Made by a program: the position numbers and the translations under genes. The notes beneath the pieces were generated by a model that was not told where the DNA came from, did no database searches, and worked only from the letters and a program-made list of their open reading frames with translations. Of a stretch of DNA of 64,000 nt, positions 30,856 to 40,023 are shown in pieces. Numbering within the stretch: the stretch's first letter is position 1; every line of letters starts with the position of its first letter. This stretch comes from Alphaproteobacteria bacterium (GTDB lineage Bacteria; Pseudomonadota; Alphaproteobacteria; Rhizobiales; BM303): positions 26,211-90,210 of the forward strand of contig JAJRYE010000013.1 of the NCBI GenBank assembly GCA_024275895.1, read 5' to 3'.

Positions 30856-31291
30856 GTTTACGTCCCTGCACTTGGTTTAAGAAGGTTATCCCCCCTTCTT
30901 GTGCAGTGAATTTACGCCCGCCAGATGAATATCCGATTAAGCGACAGGATTAATTTCCGTTTACTTTACAATGCTTTACGATTAGTTGCCAGGATTGGTT
31001 AAATTTTACCGATTGCACCGGCCTGCCTTGTTCGCAAGCCAGTCGGCCCGCGATCTGTTCGGGGACCATCCCGTTGCAAGACGGTCCGGCACGAGCTTTC
31101 GCAGCTCTGGCCGGCGTTCCAGTCGGGAGCCCTGCCAGCGTGCCAACCAAGCCGGTTTATCAGCATAGGCAGACTGATAAACAGCCTTTCTTCGCGTTCC
31201 CGTATTGCGCTTTGTCTGGTCCAAATTCTTTACTATTGCCGTACTTCTTATCGGAAAAAACGGCTCCCGCTTTTCCGTAAGTGTTCTGGCT

Positions 31292-32029
31292 TCACGTCCC
31301 GCCCGGCGCGGAATGATGGCTGTATCCGGCCTCTCTGGCGGCTTCATCAGAGCCGAGGCATTTGCCGCCTTTTGCCCTTTCAACCCGGATGGCGGGATAT
31401 TCCTTGTCCAGCGGGGTATAATAAATCTTCCCGCCCCCTTGTGCCGTAACAGCTTTTACCGGGCAAGGCGGGGCGTGGGCGGCCTCGCGCTCAAGGCGCG
31501 TTCCGCCGCGCCAGGCGGCGGGGGGTATGAATTTGCCGCGCCAAAGGCCAAGAGAGGCGTGCCTGGCCTGCTTTTGCGCTTTTTTATAGCTGGCCGGGGC
31601 TTGTTCAAGCGCAATCGCGTAGCCTTCTTCCAGCAAGATGATGGCGGCGGGCGTCCCGCCTGTATTGCAGATTATTTTTGGCCGCTCATCCGCCGCGGCG
31701 GAACCGGCGGGGGCGGGGCGGCAATCGGGCGGATCAAAGGCAATGCGCCGGTGGAGCGCCCCGGCGGCGTCGAGGCCGCAATGCCAGGTGGCGGAGCCGT
31801 TAAAACAGACCTGGCCCAGCTCGGGCGTGTCGATCCCGAACAGATCATAGGAGATATTGCCGATTTGCACCGTATCGCCATCAATTACCTTGAAATTGAG
31901 ATGGGTTTTTCCCGTTCCTTCCGAATTGCTGATGACCCAGGCAATCACGGCAATCGCCAGCAGGGAGGAAGTCAGGATGCCCAGAATCAGATACAATCTG
32001 CCAGGCGTTCCGGTTTGTTTTGAATTCAT
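31292..32029 (-). CDS. Membrane-anchored thermonuclease (SNase) family protein with Cys-containing C-terminal module
   Basis: N-terminal TM (LYLILGILTSSLLAIAVIAWVI). SNase motifs VIDGDTVQIG...LFGIDTPE...EGYAIAL...AQKQARHASLGLWRG. C-terminal CPVKAV...GKIYYTPLDKEYP...GKCLGSDEAAREAGY. Confidence 0.8.
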   Translation of the reverse strand: MNSKQTGTPGRLYLILGILTSSLLAIAVIAWVISNSEGTGKTHLNFKVIDGDTVQIGNISYDLFGIDTPELGQVCFNGSATWHCGLDAAGALHRRIAFDPPDCRPAPAGSAAADERPKIICNTGGTPAAIILLEEGYAIALEQAPASYKKAQKQARHASLGLWRGKFIPPAAWRGGTRLEREAAHAPPCPVKAVTAQGGGKIYYTPLDKEYPAIRVERAKGGKCLGSDEAAREAGYSHHSAPGGT

Positions 32030-32096
32030 ATATAAACAGCTCGCTTTCAGCCTCGCCCGAAAACATTATAAACCCAGACCGGGCGTCATGATGGCC

Positions 32097-32501
32097 CTAT
32101 TCGGGCGGATTTACAAAGCCCGTGGTCATATAGCTCTTTTGCCCCGATTCATGCATGGCCTCTTTTAACACCAGACGCTCTCCGGCAATCGGCGCTCTGG
32201 GCAGACGGCTGACGGCCTGCACCTTGCGTCCGTCATCAAGCCTTACACTCAGTATATAGCCGCTCTTGCGCCCGGCGCCGCGGATTATACTGACAATTTC
32301 TCCCTTCACGGGGGTGCTGGAAACGACCTTGTCGATATTTATCGTCTGCTCATAGCCGACAAAGATCAGCAGGGCCGAAACGGCGATGGCAACGCCAAGA
32401 ACGATAAGGCCGATTTTCAGCCGCTGCATGAGGATCAGCCGGTCAAGACGCTTTTTAACATCGGGATTCATGCCATGTCTGTGGGTGGATGATTGCGTCA
32501 T
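32097..32501 (-). CDS. Hypothetical single-pass membrane protein
   Basis: 134 aa, one TM (IGLIVLGVAIAVSALLIFVGY) followed by a beta-rich ~85-aa domain. Starts 4 nt after the stop of the upstream ORF (operon). No family recognised. Confidence 0.55.
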   Translation of the reverse strand: MTQSSTHRHGMNPDVKKRLDRLILMQRLKIGLIVLGVAIAVSALLIFVGYEQTINIDKVVSSTPVKGEIVSIIRGAGRKSGYILSVRLDDGRKVQAVSRLPRAPIAGERLVLKEAMHESGQKSYMTTGFVNPPE

Positions 32502-32505
32502 GGGA

Positions 32506-33015
32506 CTACTCTTTCACAAGATCCTGATATTGCTGGAACGAGCCGATCCAGAACCAGGCCAGCTTGTCGTCGGGGGTCTGCACCCCAACGGTCCTGTGCT
32601 TGAGGCCGACACGGAAAGAAAAGATCGGCATCGACGGGTGAATCTGCCGGAAACGCAACGAGGCATGAAACGGTTTTTGCTTCCATAATTTGTAATTGGC
32701 GTCGGCCAGTTTCTGGATATCATGCGGCAGATCGTCAAAGGCCGACCAGTAGCTGTCTTCACGCAGATATTCGGTTGACGGCAGGGAGATCAGACTGCGC
32801 GAAAGTTTTTTTTCAATCCCTTCATATTCCTTCAATGCCCGCGTGGCCGCCTTTTCCAGCCAGCGCCTTGAAGCTTTTGAGGACACGATCCTGTCCCATT
32901 CATTCTTGTCTTCCACCCGGTCAATGATTTCCCAGGCGATGCGGTCCCTGTCCACTTTGGGCAGGCCCATAAGGACCTCGACCGCCTTGTCAACGATATC
33001 ACTCATTTTCTTCAA
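32506..33015 (-). CDS. Hypothetical protein: N-terminal addiction-module-antitoxin-like helix region fused to a RelE/ParE-superfamily-like C-terminal domain
   Basis: C-terminal ...FDDLPHDIQKLADANYKLWKQKPFHASLRFRQIHPSMPIFSFRVGLKHRTVGVQTPDDKLAWFWIGSFQQYQDL follows the NP.HPSL.FK...WS.R....RA.G......W.WIG.H..YD.L pattern of RelE/ParE-type toxins. N-terminal AVEVLMGLPKVDRDRIAWEIIDRVED resembles antitoxin component helices. Confidence 0.55.
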   Translation of the reverse strand: MKKMSDIVDKAVEVLMGLPKVDRDRIAWEIIDRVEDKNEWDRIVSSKASRRWLEKAATRALKEYEGIEKKLSRSLISLPSTEYLREDSYWSAFDDLPHDIQKLADANYKLWKQKPFHASLRFRQIHPSMPIFSFRVGLKHRTVGVQTPDDKLAWFWIGSFQQYQDLVKE

Positions 33016-33157
33016 CCTTTGCTTGGTAATGAATATGTTTCCACCGGTGCTTCGACCCTGAATGCTTGTGATGAAAATTTACGAATTTCCCGCTTATCCT
33101 GATGATGTTCCGGTCATCAGAGGCCAGAGCGATCCGGCGGGATTTCAGAGGTTATGA

Positions 33158-33463
33158 TCAGGCCGCCGGTGAGCCGCGGGTATCAGGGAAGTAATGGGCG
33201 GCGCGGATATCCAGTTCAACACCGGCATTCGCAACAAAAACGCGGTCGGCCGGCGAAAGTGCGGGAACAGCGGCAAGAGCCACTGCAATTGCCAGGTGGC
33301 AGGCCCCGTTATCAAAAGGATCATCGTCATACCCGCCAACAATCTGGCCCGCATATCCGCCGGGGCCCGGCGCCGCGCTCCTTGCGTCATTCGCAAACAG
33401 CTGCCCGAGCAGCAAAAATACGCCGAACAGGCCGAACAGCAGGGTTTGTGAACTGATTTTCAT
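33158..33463 (-). CDS. Hypothetical small secreted protein (weak call)
   Basis: Signal-like MKISSQTLLFGLFGVFLLLGQLFANDA. No convincing SD, and several competing overlapping ORFs on both strands. Confidence 0.35.
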   Translation of the reverse strand: MKISSQTLLFGLFGVFLLLGQLFANDARSAAPGPGGYAGQIVGGYDDDPFDNGACHLAIAVALAAVPALSPADRVFVANAGVELDIRAAHYFPDTRGSPAA

Positions 33464-33560
33464 AACGGCGGCGATCCATATACCAGCATCAGACGCAGGG
33501 CGCAGCCTAGCATATGTTTAATGAAAAAAACCCGTTTTTTTGCCGCAGCGGGGTTGAAGC

Positions 33561-33589
33561 AAAACGGGCGGGATTTTACTCCCGCCCGG
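33561..33589 (-). terminator. Rho-independent terminator of the peroxiredoxin gene
   Basis: Minus strand CGGGCGGGA-GUAAAA-UCCCGCCCG followed by UUUUGC, about 25 nt after the stop at 33613. Confidence 0.65.
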
Positions 33590-33612
33590 TTCAAGCCTGA
33601 TAAATGCAGGTG

Positions 33613-34143
33613 TCAGCCCTTCCGGCCCCTGAGCCAGTTGAGCATGGTATCGGCATCGGAGACCTCGAAGGGGTCGGTGGGGCAGTTGTCGGAGTAATCG
33701 CTCTCGATAAACATTTTCACGATTTCGCCATTCTCGACATACATGGAATAGCGCCAGCTTCGCATGCCGAAGCCGAGATTTGACTTGTCCACCAGCATGC
33801 CCATCTGGCGGGTAAAGTCGCCATTGCCGTCGGGGAGCAGAAAGACGTTTTTGGCGTTCTGGTGGCGGCCCCACTGGAACATGACGAAGGCATCATTCAC
33901 CGACAGGCAGACAACCGCATCGACGCCTTGTGCCTTGAACTCGTCGTAAAGCTCTTCATAGCGCGGCAAATGCGAGGTCGAGCATGTGGGGGTAAAAGCG
34001 CCGGGAAGCGAGAACAGCACCACATTCTTGTTGGCAAAGATCTCGTCACTGGTGAGGTCTTTCCACTCATAGGGGTTGTCACCGCCCAGGGCTTCATTGC
34101 GGATGCGGGTTTTAAAGGTTACGTCAGGGACAGTATTTCTCAT
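33613..34143 (-). CDS. Peroxiredoxin (Prx5/PrxD-type, AhpC/TSA family)
   Basis: ATG 34143 preferred (AAGGAG 8 nt upstream). ...[22 protein letters not shown]...[17 protein letters not shown]. Divergent from oxyR. Confidence 0.9.
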   Translation of the reverse strand: MRNTVPDVTFKTRIRNEALGGDNPYEWKDLTSDEIFANKNVVLFSLPGAFTPTCSTSHLPRYEELYDEFKAQGVDAVVCLSVNDAFVMFQWGRHQNAKNVFLLPDGNGDFTRQMGMLVDKSNLGFGMRSWRYSMYVENGEIVKMFIESDYSDNCPTDPFEVSDADTMLNWLRGRKG

Positions 34144-34277
34144 TTTCATTTCTCCTTGGGGTTTGAAAAGGTTAGTCGGACGTGATTTGGTTTTCCGGCT
34201 TGGAAGGCCGCATCCAGGTGTTTTTTCATGCACCTTCATGCGCCCGGTTACAAGGATACGCCAATAACCACGGCAAT

Positions 34278-34306
34278 CCGGCGGCGATTTCCCGCCGGTC
34301 GTTTTT
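34278..34306 (+). terminator. Orphan intrinsic-terminator-like hairpin in the prx-oxyR intergenic region
   Basis: CCGGCGG-CGATTTC-CCGCCGG followed by TCGTTTTTGG on the + strand. No + strand CDS lies upstream of it. Confidence 0.4.
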
Positions 34307-34437
34307 GGCGTTTCCGGTTTTGATCTGACTGATCATGGGTTTCTTCTCGTTTGTTCCGATGTCAAGATAGGCGCTTGTAATATATTTGTATAATGATATA
34401 TTTCGCTTAGCTTAATCGATTTTTTCGATGGATAGAT

Positions 34438-35337
34438 ATGCGCCAGCTACCCACCCTCAAACAACTCCGGTATTTAAGCGTTCTGGCGCAGGAGGAGCAT
34501 TTCGGCCGCGCGGCGGAAAAATGCTTTGTCACCCAGTCCACATTAAGCGCCGGTATTGCCGAGCTTGAGCTTATCCTCGGCAGCCCCCTAGCCGAACGCA
34601 CAAAGCGCAGCGTCATGCTCACCCCGCTGGGGGTGGAGGTTGCGCGGCGGGCGCGAAATCTGCTGCGTGAGGCAGAAGACCTGATCGAGCTTGCCGCGAC
34701 GCAGCGCAATCCGCTGAGCGGCGATTTGCGCCTCGGCGTCATCCCCACGATCGGCCCCTTCCTGCTGCCACGCATTCTGCCCGAATTCAACAGCGCCTAT
34801 CCGGAACTGAAGCTGTTTTTAAAGGAGGACCAGACCGATCGGATACTGGAACAGCTTCGCGCTGGAAAGCTCGATGCGGTATTGCTGGCCCTGCCCTATG
34901 AGATGGAGGGGATAAAAACCCGGGTGCTGGCAAATGACATGTTCAGCTTTGCCTGCCCGCTGAATCACAAACTGGCGCGTAAAAAATCAATAACCGATGA
35001 TGATATCGCCGATACGCAGCTTCTGTTGCTTGAAGAGGGGCACTGCCTGCGCGATCACGCCCTGGCGGCCTGCCACCTTGAATCGCGCCGCAAACAGGCC
35101 GGGTTTGAGGCCACCTCATTGCAAACCCTGGTTCAGATGGTCGCCAGTGGTCTGGGGCAGACCCTGCTGCCGCAACTGGCGCTGGACGCAAGGCTGGCGG
35201 CGGGGCTTGATGTGGCGATCATCCCGCTGGCAGATAAAAACGCCTCGCGCCAGATCGGCCTCGCCTGGCGCGCCACCTCGCCGCGCCATGATGACATGCA
35301 ATTGCTCGGCGATGTGATCGAGGATGTTCTGGTATGA
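34438..35337 (+). CDS. oxyR: LysR-family hydrogen-peroxide-responsive regulator OxyR
   Basis: MRQLPTLKQLRYLSVLAQEEHFGRAAEKCFVTQSTLSAGI (LysR HTH). Conserved redox Cys context LLLLEEGHCLRDHAL. Divergent peroxiredoxin gene. Confidence 0.85.
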   Translation: MRQLPTLKQLRYLSVLAQEEHFGRAAEKCFVTQSTLSAGIAELELILGSPLAERTKRSVMLTPLGVEVARRARNLLREAEDLIELAATQRNPLSGDLRLGVIPTIGPFLLPRILPEFNSAYPELKLFLKEDQTDRILEQLRAGKLDAVLLALPYEMEGIKTRVLANDMFSFACPLNHKLARKKSITDDDIADTQLLLLEEGHCLRDHALAACHLESRRKQAGFEATSLQTLVQMVASGLGQTLLPQLALDARLAAGLDVAIIPLADKNASRQIGLAWRATSPRHDDMQLLGDVIEDVLV

Positions 35338-35596
35338 GATGTTTATATCATTCGCGGCTGCCGGTTAATATCGCTCGTGGCCGTTCGGGGCTGCGCCCCG
35401 GCCTGCGTGGCCGCGAGGAGCAAAACTGTGAGTCCCGGGCCTGATCAAAACTGTAAACCCGGAAGAATCACTCCCCCCTCCGTGGCAGGGCAGGCCGGCA
35501 AAGCCGGTGCCAGCCCGTGAACGGACGCACGCCGGAGGCGGGTGGAAACCAAAAAATCCGGGCGAAAACCAATAACAAAAACAATCAAAAACCTGC

Positions 35597-36466
35597 TCAG
35601 TCCCGCTCCAGCCTGGCCAGCAGGCTTGAAGTGTCCCAGCGGCCGCCGCCCATTTGCTGGACTTCGCCGTAGAGCTGGTCAACAAGGGCGGTGACGGGCA
35701 GTTTCGCGCCGTTGCGGCGCGCCTCGTCAAGACAAATGGCGAAATCCTTGCGGGCCCAGTCCACGGCGAAACCGTGGTTATATTCGCCCTCGATCATGGT
35801 CTTGTAGCGGTTTTCCATCTGCCAGCTTTGCGCCGCGCCTTTTGAAATCACTTCGATGACGGAGGCGGCGTCAAGCCCTGCGGTTTTGGCAAAATGCACC
35901 GCCTCGGCCAGCGCCTCGATCAGGCCGGCAATGGCGATCTGGTTAACCATTTTGGTGAGTTGGCCCGAACCTGCCGGTCCCATCAGCCGCGCCATGCGGG
36001 CGTAGCAGTTGATCAGCGGCTCCGCCCGGGCAAAATCCTTCTCCTCCCCGCCGGTCATAACGGTGAGGACGCCGTTTTGCGCCCCCGCCTGCCCGCCCGA
36101 GACCGGCGCATCGAGAAAGCCTATCCCCTTGTCGCGGGCAACGGCGTCAAGCTCGCGCGCCAGCTCGGCCGATGCGGTGGTGTGATCGACAAAAACCGCC
36201 CCCGCTCCCATGGCCGCAAAGGCCCCGCTCTCCCCGAGGGTTACGGCGCGCACATCATTATCATTGCCGACACAGGCGCAAACCATATCCGCGCCCGCCG
36301 CCGCGGCGGCCGGGCTGGGGGCGATTTTGCCGCCATGCTCTTGCGCCCATTGCTGCGCTTTTTCAGCCGTCCTGTTGTAAACCGTGACCTCATGGCCGTT
36401 TTTTGCCAGATGCCCCGCCATGGGATAGCCCATAACGCCCAGACCCAGAAATGCCGCCTTGCTCAT
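35597..36466 (-). CDS. NAD(P)-dependent oxidoreductase (3-hydroxyisobutyrate dehydrogenase family)
   Basis: MSKAAFLGLGVMGYPMAGHLAKNGHEVTVYNRT... followed by the 6PGDH-like NAD-binding and C-terminal helical domains. Confidence 0.85.
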   Translation of the reverse strand: MSKAAFLGLGVMGYPMAGHLAKNGHEVTVYNRTAEKAQQWAQEHGGKIAPSPAAAAAGADMVCACVGNDNDVRAVTLGESGAFAAMGAGAVFVDHTTASAELARELDAVARDKGIGFLDAPVSGGQAGAQNGVLTVMTGGEEKDFARAEPLINCYARMARLMGPAGSGQLTKMVNQIAIAGLIEALAEAVHFAKTAGLDAASVIEVISKGAAQSWQMENRYKTMIEGEYNHGFAVDWARKDFAICLDEARRNGAKLPVTALVDQLYGEVQQMGGGRWDTSSLLARLERD

Positions 36467-36566
36467 ATCGCCCCTTTAATCCTTGTCTCTACACGCTTAT
36501 TTTAATTGCTGCAATTTACGCCGTGAATTATGAATTGAACATACCAAACTCACCGGGAAAGAAAAC

Positions 36567-36812
36567 ATGCAAGATGTCAAAATCGCCGCCCGCCGCCCTT
36601 CGCTGCAAAGGCTTGAGGCGGGGAGTGAATACTGGTGGTGCTCTTGCGGGCGCTCGAAAAAACAACCCTTTTGCGACGGCTCGCATGAAGGTACCGGCCT
36701 TGAGCCGCTGAAAGTCACGGTTGAAAACTCCCGCAATTACGCCTTGTGCCAGTGCAAACATACCCGAACCCCGCCCTTCTGCGACGGCTCACACAAGGAT
36801 TTACCGGAGTAG
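36567..36812 (+). CDS. CDGSH iron-sulfur domain protein (two CDGSH motifs)
   Basis: [16 protein letters not shown] and [16 protein letters not shown]. Confidence 0.85.
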   Translation: MQDVKIAARRPSLQRLEAGSEYWWCSCGRSKKQPFCDGSHEGTGLEPLKVTVENSRNYALCQCKHTRTPPFCDGSHKDLPE

Positions 36813-36875
36813 TCGCAACGGCCGTATTCACCATGCGTCCGGGGTTTCCCGGACAGGGCGAAAGCCGCAATCTGT

Positions 36876-37370
36876 TCAGGTAGATTGTAACGCGCTCTCA
36901 AGCTGGCGGTAGCCGCCCCTGTAGAAAACCAGCGGCTCGTCATCAGGGCCCTCATGAATATCCAGAACGCGGGCAAGAAGGATGGTGTGATCACCGCCGT
37001 TATCGCGCCGCAGGGTCCGGCATTCAAAGCTCGTCAGGGCGTTTTTCAGCAGCGGCACACCGCAACCGCGACAGGAAAAATCGCTCTCTTCAAGCAAGAT
37101 GCGGCCGCGCATTGCATAGCGGGCGGAGGCGTCCGCGCTCCCGCCGCCGAGAATATTGACGGCAAAGCGGTCATTGCTCTCAAACACATCATGGATGCCG
37201 GCTTCGCGGCGCAGGCACCACAGGATAAGCGGCGGCTCAAGGGAGACGGAAACAAAAGAGTTCACCGTCACGCCATAAGCCCGGCCATCAGGGGCGCAGA
37301 CGCTCATGATGGTGACGCCGGTGGCGAAACGCCCGAGGGCGCTGCGCAGGGATTTTGGCTCAACAGCCAT
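36876..37370 (-). CDS. Flavin reductase family protein
   Basis: LRSALGRFATGVTIMS...GVTVNSFVSVSLEPPLILWCL...DHTILLARV, the flavin_reduct domain pattern. Confidence 0.85.
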   Translation of the reverse strand: MAVEPKSLRSALGRFATGVTIMSVCAPDGRAYGVTVNSFVSVSLEPPLILWCLRREAGIHDVFESNDRFAVNILGGGSADASARYAMRGRILLEESDFSCRGCGVPLLKNALTSFECRTLRRDNGGDHTILLARVLDIHEGPDDEPLVFYRGGYRQLESALQST

Positions 37371-37497
37371 TTTGCTTGCTCTTTATTGTAATTATTCCAA
37401 GCCTGCATTTAAGCGATCCTGCCGCGCCTTGCAATGGCCGGATTCACCGCCTATGTGGTTATTATTGTCCAAACGGCCGCAACGGGAGCGATTATTC

Positions 37498-38028
37498 ATG
37501 GCGCCGAGCTCAACCGACCGAAGGATGCCGGAATTTAATCTTTCCATGCAAGGCGAGGGACCACACGCCTATGATCCTGAAACCCGTCCTGAATTGTTCA
37601 GCGGGATTATCGGCAAACGCGTGATGGCGTTTATTATCGATGCGGTGGTGATTGCGGTTTTGTGGTTACTGGGTTCGGTGGTAATTTTTATCCTCGGACT
37701 GCTGAGTTTCGGCCTGTTCTGGCTGCTCTGGGGAGCGGCGCTGATCCTGCTGGTGCTGGGTTATGAGGCGCTGACTCTCGGCGGGCCCTATTCAGCCACC
37801 TATGGCATGCGCATCATGGGGATTGAGATGCGCACATGGTATGGTGAGCGCCCCGGTGTTTTACAGGCGGCGGCGCATTCACTGCTGTTTTATTTTTCGG
37901 TCACCCTCACCACATTCCTGATCCTGCTGGTGCCACTGCTCAACAACCGCAAGCGCTGCGTGCATGATTTTTTATGCGGCACGGTGTTTGTCAACACCGA
38001 GGCCCTTGCCGGGTATAAAACGCCTTAA
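37498..38028 (+). CDS. RDD-family membrane protein
   Basis: ATG 37498. ...GKRVMAFIIDAVVIAVLW..., three TM segments, ...RKRCVHDFLCGTVFV (RDD pattern). Confidence 0.75.
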   Translation: MAPSSTDRRMPEFNLSMQGEGPHAYDPETRPELFSGIIGKRVMAFIIDAVVIAVLWLLGSVVIFILGLLSFGLFWLLWGAALILLVLGYEALTLGGPYSATYGMRIMGIEMRTWYGERPGVLQAAAHSLLFYFSVTLTTFLILLVPLLNNRKRCVHDFLCGTVFVNTEALAGYKTP

Positions 38029-38111
38029 GGGAGCATTTTTCACCGTAATTTTTTAACTTGATTCTTTGACATCTGTTTTTACACTGCGAGTTTGGGGTTT
38101 GGAGAGATCAC

Positions 38112-38855
38112 GTGACGGAACAGGGACGACGCATACCGCAGTTTTACATGACTGCCCCTTCGCCCTGCCCCTATCTGCCGGAGCGCGAAGAGCGCAAGCT
38201 CTTTACCGTACTGGCGGGCGATGATGCCCAGCTTCTCAACAATTCACTGACGAAGGGCGGTTTCCGGCGCTCGCAGAACATTGCCTACCAGCCCAATTGC
38301 AAAGGATGCGAGGCTTGTGTTTCGGTGCGTTTGCCGGTAGATGATTTCAAGATATCGCGCAATCTGCGGCGGGTGTGGAAGCAAAACCGCGATCTCGATG
38401 GCAAGCAGTGCCCGCCCGGCCCCACATCGGAACAATATTCCTTATTCCGCGATTATCTTGACAACCGTCACGCGGATGGCGGCATGGCGGATATGAATGT
38501 GTTTGATTACATGGCCATGGTCGGGGATACCGGCATCAAGACCTGCATAATCGAATACCGCCCGCGCCTGATGCTGGATGCGGCGGAAGAAAATATGAGA
38601 GCCCCCCTGCTGGCCGCGGCTCTGACCGATATTCTCGATGACGGGCTTTCCATGGTGTACAGCTTTTACGTCAATGACCAACCCGGACGCAGCCTCGGCA
38701 CCTTCATGATTCTGGATCATATCGAACGGGCGCGCAAGATGGGGCTGCCTTTTGTCTATCTGGGCTATTTCGTCGAAGGCTCGCCCAAAATGCACTATAA
38801 ATCCCGCTTTTTGCCGCAGGAACGCCTTGGCCCTGAAGGCTGGGAGCGGGTGTAG
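38112..38855 (+). CDS. bpt: Arginyl/leucyl-tRNA-protein transferase (Bpt, ATE family)
   Basis: [15 protein letters not shown]...[26 protein letters not shown]...R...R...SMVYSFY...[26 protein letters not shown] start. Confidence 0.85.
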   Translation: MTEQGRRIPQFYMTAPSPCPYLPEREERKLFTVLAGDDAQLLNNSLTKGGFRRSQNIAYQPNCKGCEACVSVRLPVDDFKISRNLRRVWKQNRDLDGKQCPPGPTSEQYSLFRDYLDNRHADGGMADMNVFDYMAMVGDTGIKTCIIEYRPRLMLDAAEENMRAPLLAAALTDILDDGLSMVYSFYVNDQPGRSLGTFMILDHIERARKMGLPFVYLGYFVEGSPKMHYKSRFLPQERLGPEGWERV

Positions 38856-38979
38856 CTCCCGGCACCATCTCCTGTTCTGCCTGCCGCGCCTTGATCGCAA
38901 CCGGGCGAACGATTATCTTTTGCCAGTATGAGCCTTCCCGGCACGGGGAGGAAAAGCGGCGTCAGGAAGAGAGTTTTTC

Positions 38980-40020
38980 ATGCAGGTCAGGCAGGATTTC
39001 CCCGATTTAATCGGCAATACGCCGCTGGTGCGGCTTAACGCAGCCTCGGCGCTGACGGGATGCGAAATTCTTGGCAAGGCGGAATTTCTCAATCCGGGGC
39101 AGTCGGTCAAGGACCGGGCGGCGCTTTATATTATCCGCGAGGCACTGAAACGCGGCGTGATCCGGCAAGGCGGGCTGATTGTCGAGGGCACGGCGGGCAA
39201 TACCGGCATAGGTCTGGCGCTGGTTGGTAATGCCTATGGCCTGCGCTCGCTTATCGTGATTCCCGAAACCCAGAGCAAGGAGAAAAAAGACGCCCTGCGG
39301 CTGGCCGGGGCCGAGCTGATCGAGGTCCCCGCTGCGCCTTATAAAAATCCCGATAATTACGTTCGCTATTCCGGGCGTCTGGCCAAAGCGCTGGCTGAAT
39401 CGGAGGAAAACGGCGTTTTATGGGCCAACCAGTTCGACAATACCGCCAACCGCGCCGCGCATATCGAAACCACCGCGCCAGAGATTTATGCCCAGACCGA
39501 GGGCAAGATTGATTCCTTCATCTGCGCGGTTGGTACCGGCGGCACACTGGCCGGGGTGTCCATGGGGCTCAAGGCGCGCAATGAAAACATTACCATAGCC
39601 CTGGCCGACCCCATGGGGGCAGCGCTTTATTCCTATTACACGTCCGGCGAACTGAAATCTTCGGGCTCCTCCATTACCGAAGGTATTGGTCAGGGGCGCA
39701 TTACCGCCAATCTGGAAGGGGCGGTCATCGACAGGGCCTATCAGATTGATGATGCGCAGGCCCTGCGCATATTATTTGATCTGGTCACCCATGAAGGGTT
39801 GTGTCTGGGTGGCTCCAGCGGGGTGAATATCGCCGGCGCCATCGCACTGGCCAAAGAGATGGGGCCGGGACACACCATCGTCACCATTCTGGCGGATTAC
39901 GGTAACCGTTATCAGAGCAAGCTCTATAACCCCGAATTTCTAAAAACCAAAAACCTCCCTGTTCCGCACTGGTTGGAGAGGGTGAAAATGGATATTCCAG
40001 ATGTATTTGAAAAGACTTGA
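38980..40020 (+). CDS. PLP-dependent cysteine synthase family protein (CysK/CBS-like)
   Basis: LIGNTPLVRL...KAEFLNPGQSVKDRAAL (PLP lysine)...EGTAGNTGIGLA...GTGGTLAG...GGSSG. Confidence 0.85.
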   Translation: MQVRQDFPDLIGNTPLVRLNAASALTGCEILGKAEFLNPGQSVKDRAALYIIREALKRGVIRQGGLIVEGTAGNTGIGLALVGNAYGLRSLIVIPETQSKEKKDALRLAGAELIEVPAAPYKNPDNYVRYSGRLAKALAESEENGVLWANQFDNTANRAAHIETTAPEIYAQTEGKIDSFICAVGTGGTLAGVSMGLKARNENITIALADPMGAALYSYYTSGELKSSGSSITEGIGQGRITANLEGAVIDRAYQIDDAQALRILFDLVTHEGLCLGGSSGVNIAGAIALAKEMGPGHTIVTILADYGNRYQSKLYNPEFLKTKNLPVPHWLERVKMDIPDVFEKT

Positions 40021-40023
40021 AAA

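Noticed and set aside
30986-31168. 60-aa + ORF (TTG start) in the MarR-SNase gap
   Set aside because: No SD, Arg/Ser-rich product, and it ends inside the palindrome. Not supportable as a gene.
31205-32023. 272-aa + strand ORF
   Set aside because: Antisense to the SNase gene, which has clear IDGDTV / GIDTPE / LGLWRG motifs. The + product is Gly/Arg-rich.
34375-34394. TATAAT hexamer (34389-34394) as the oxyR -10 element
   Set aside because: No -35-like hexamer at a workable spacing; cannot be supported without TSS data.
35338-35596. GC-rich 259-nt gap after oxyR with short hairpins and repeated AAAACTGT, considered as REP element or sRNA
   Set aside because: Only short, imperfect stems. No clean terminator, repeat unit or promoter that I could support by eye.
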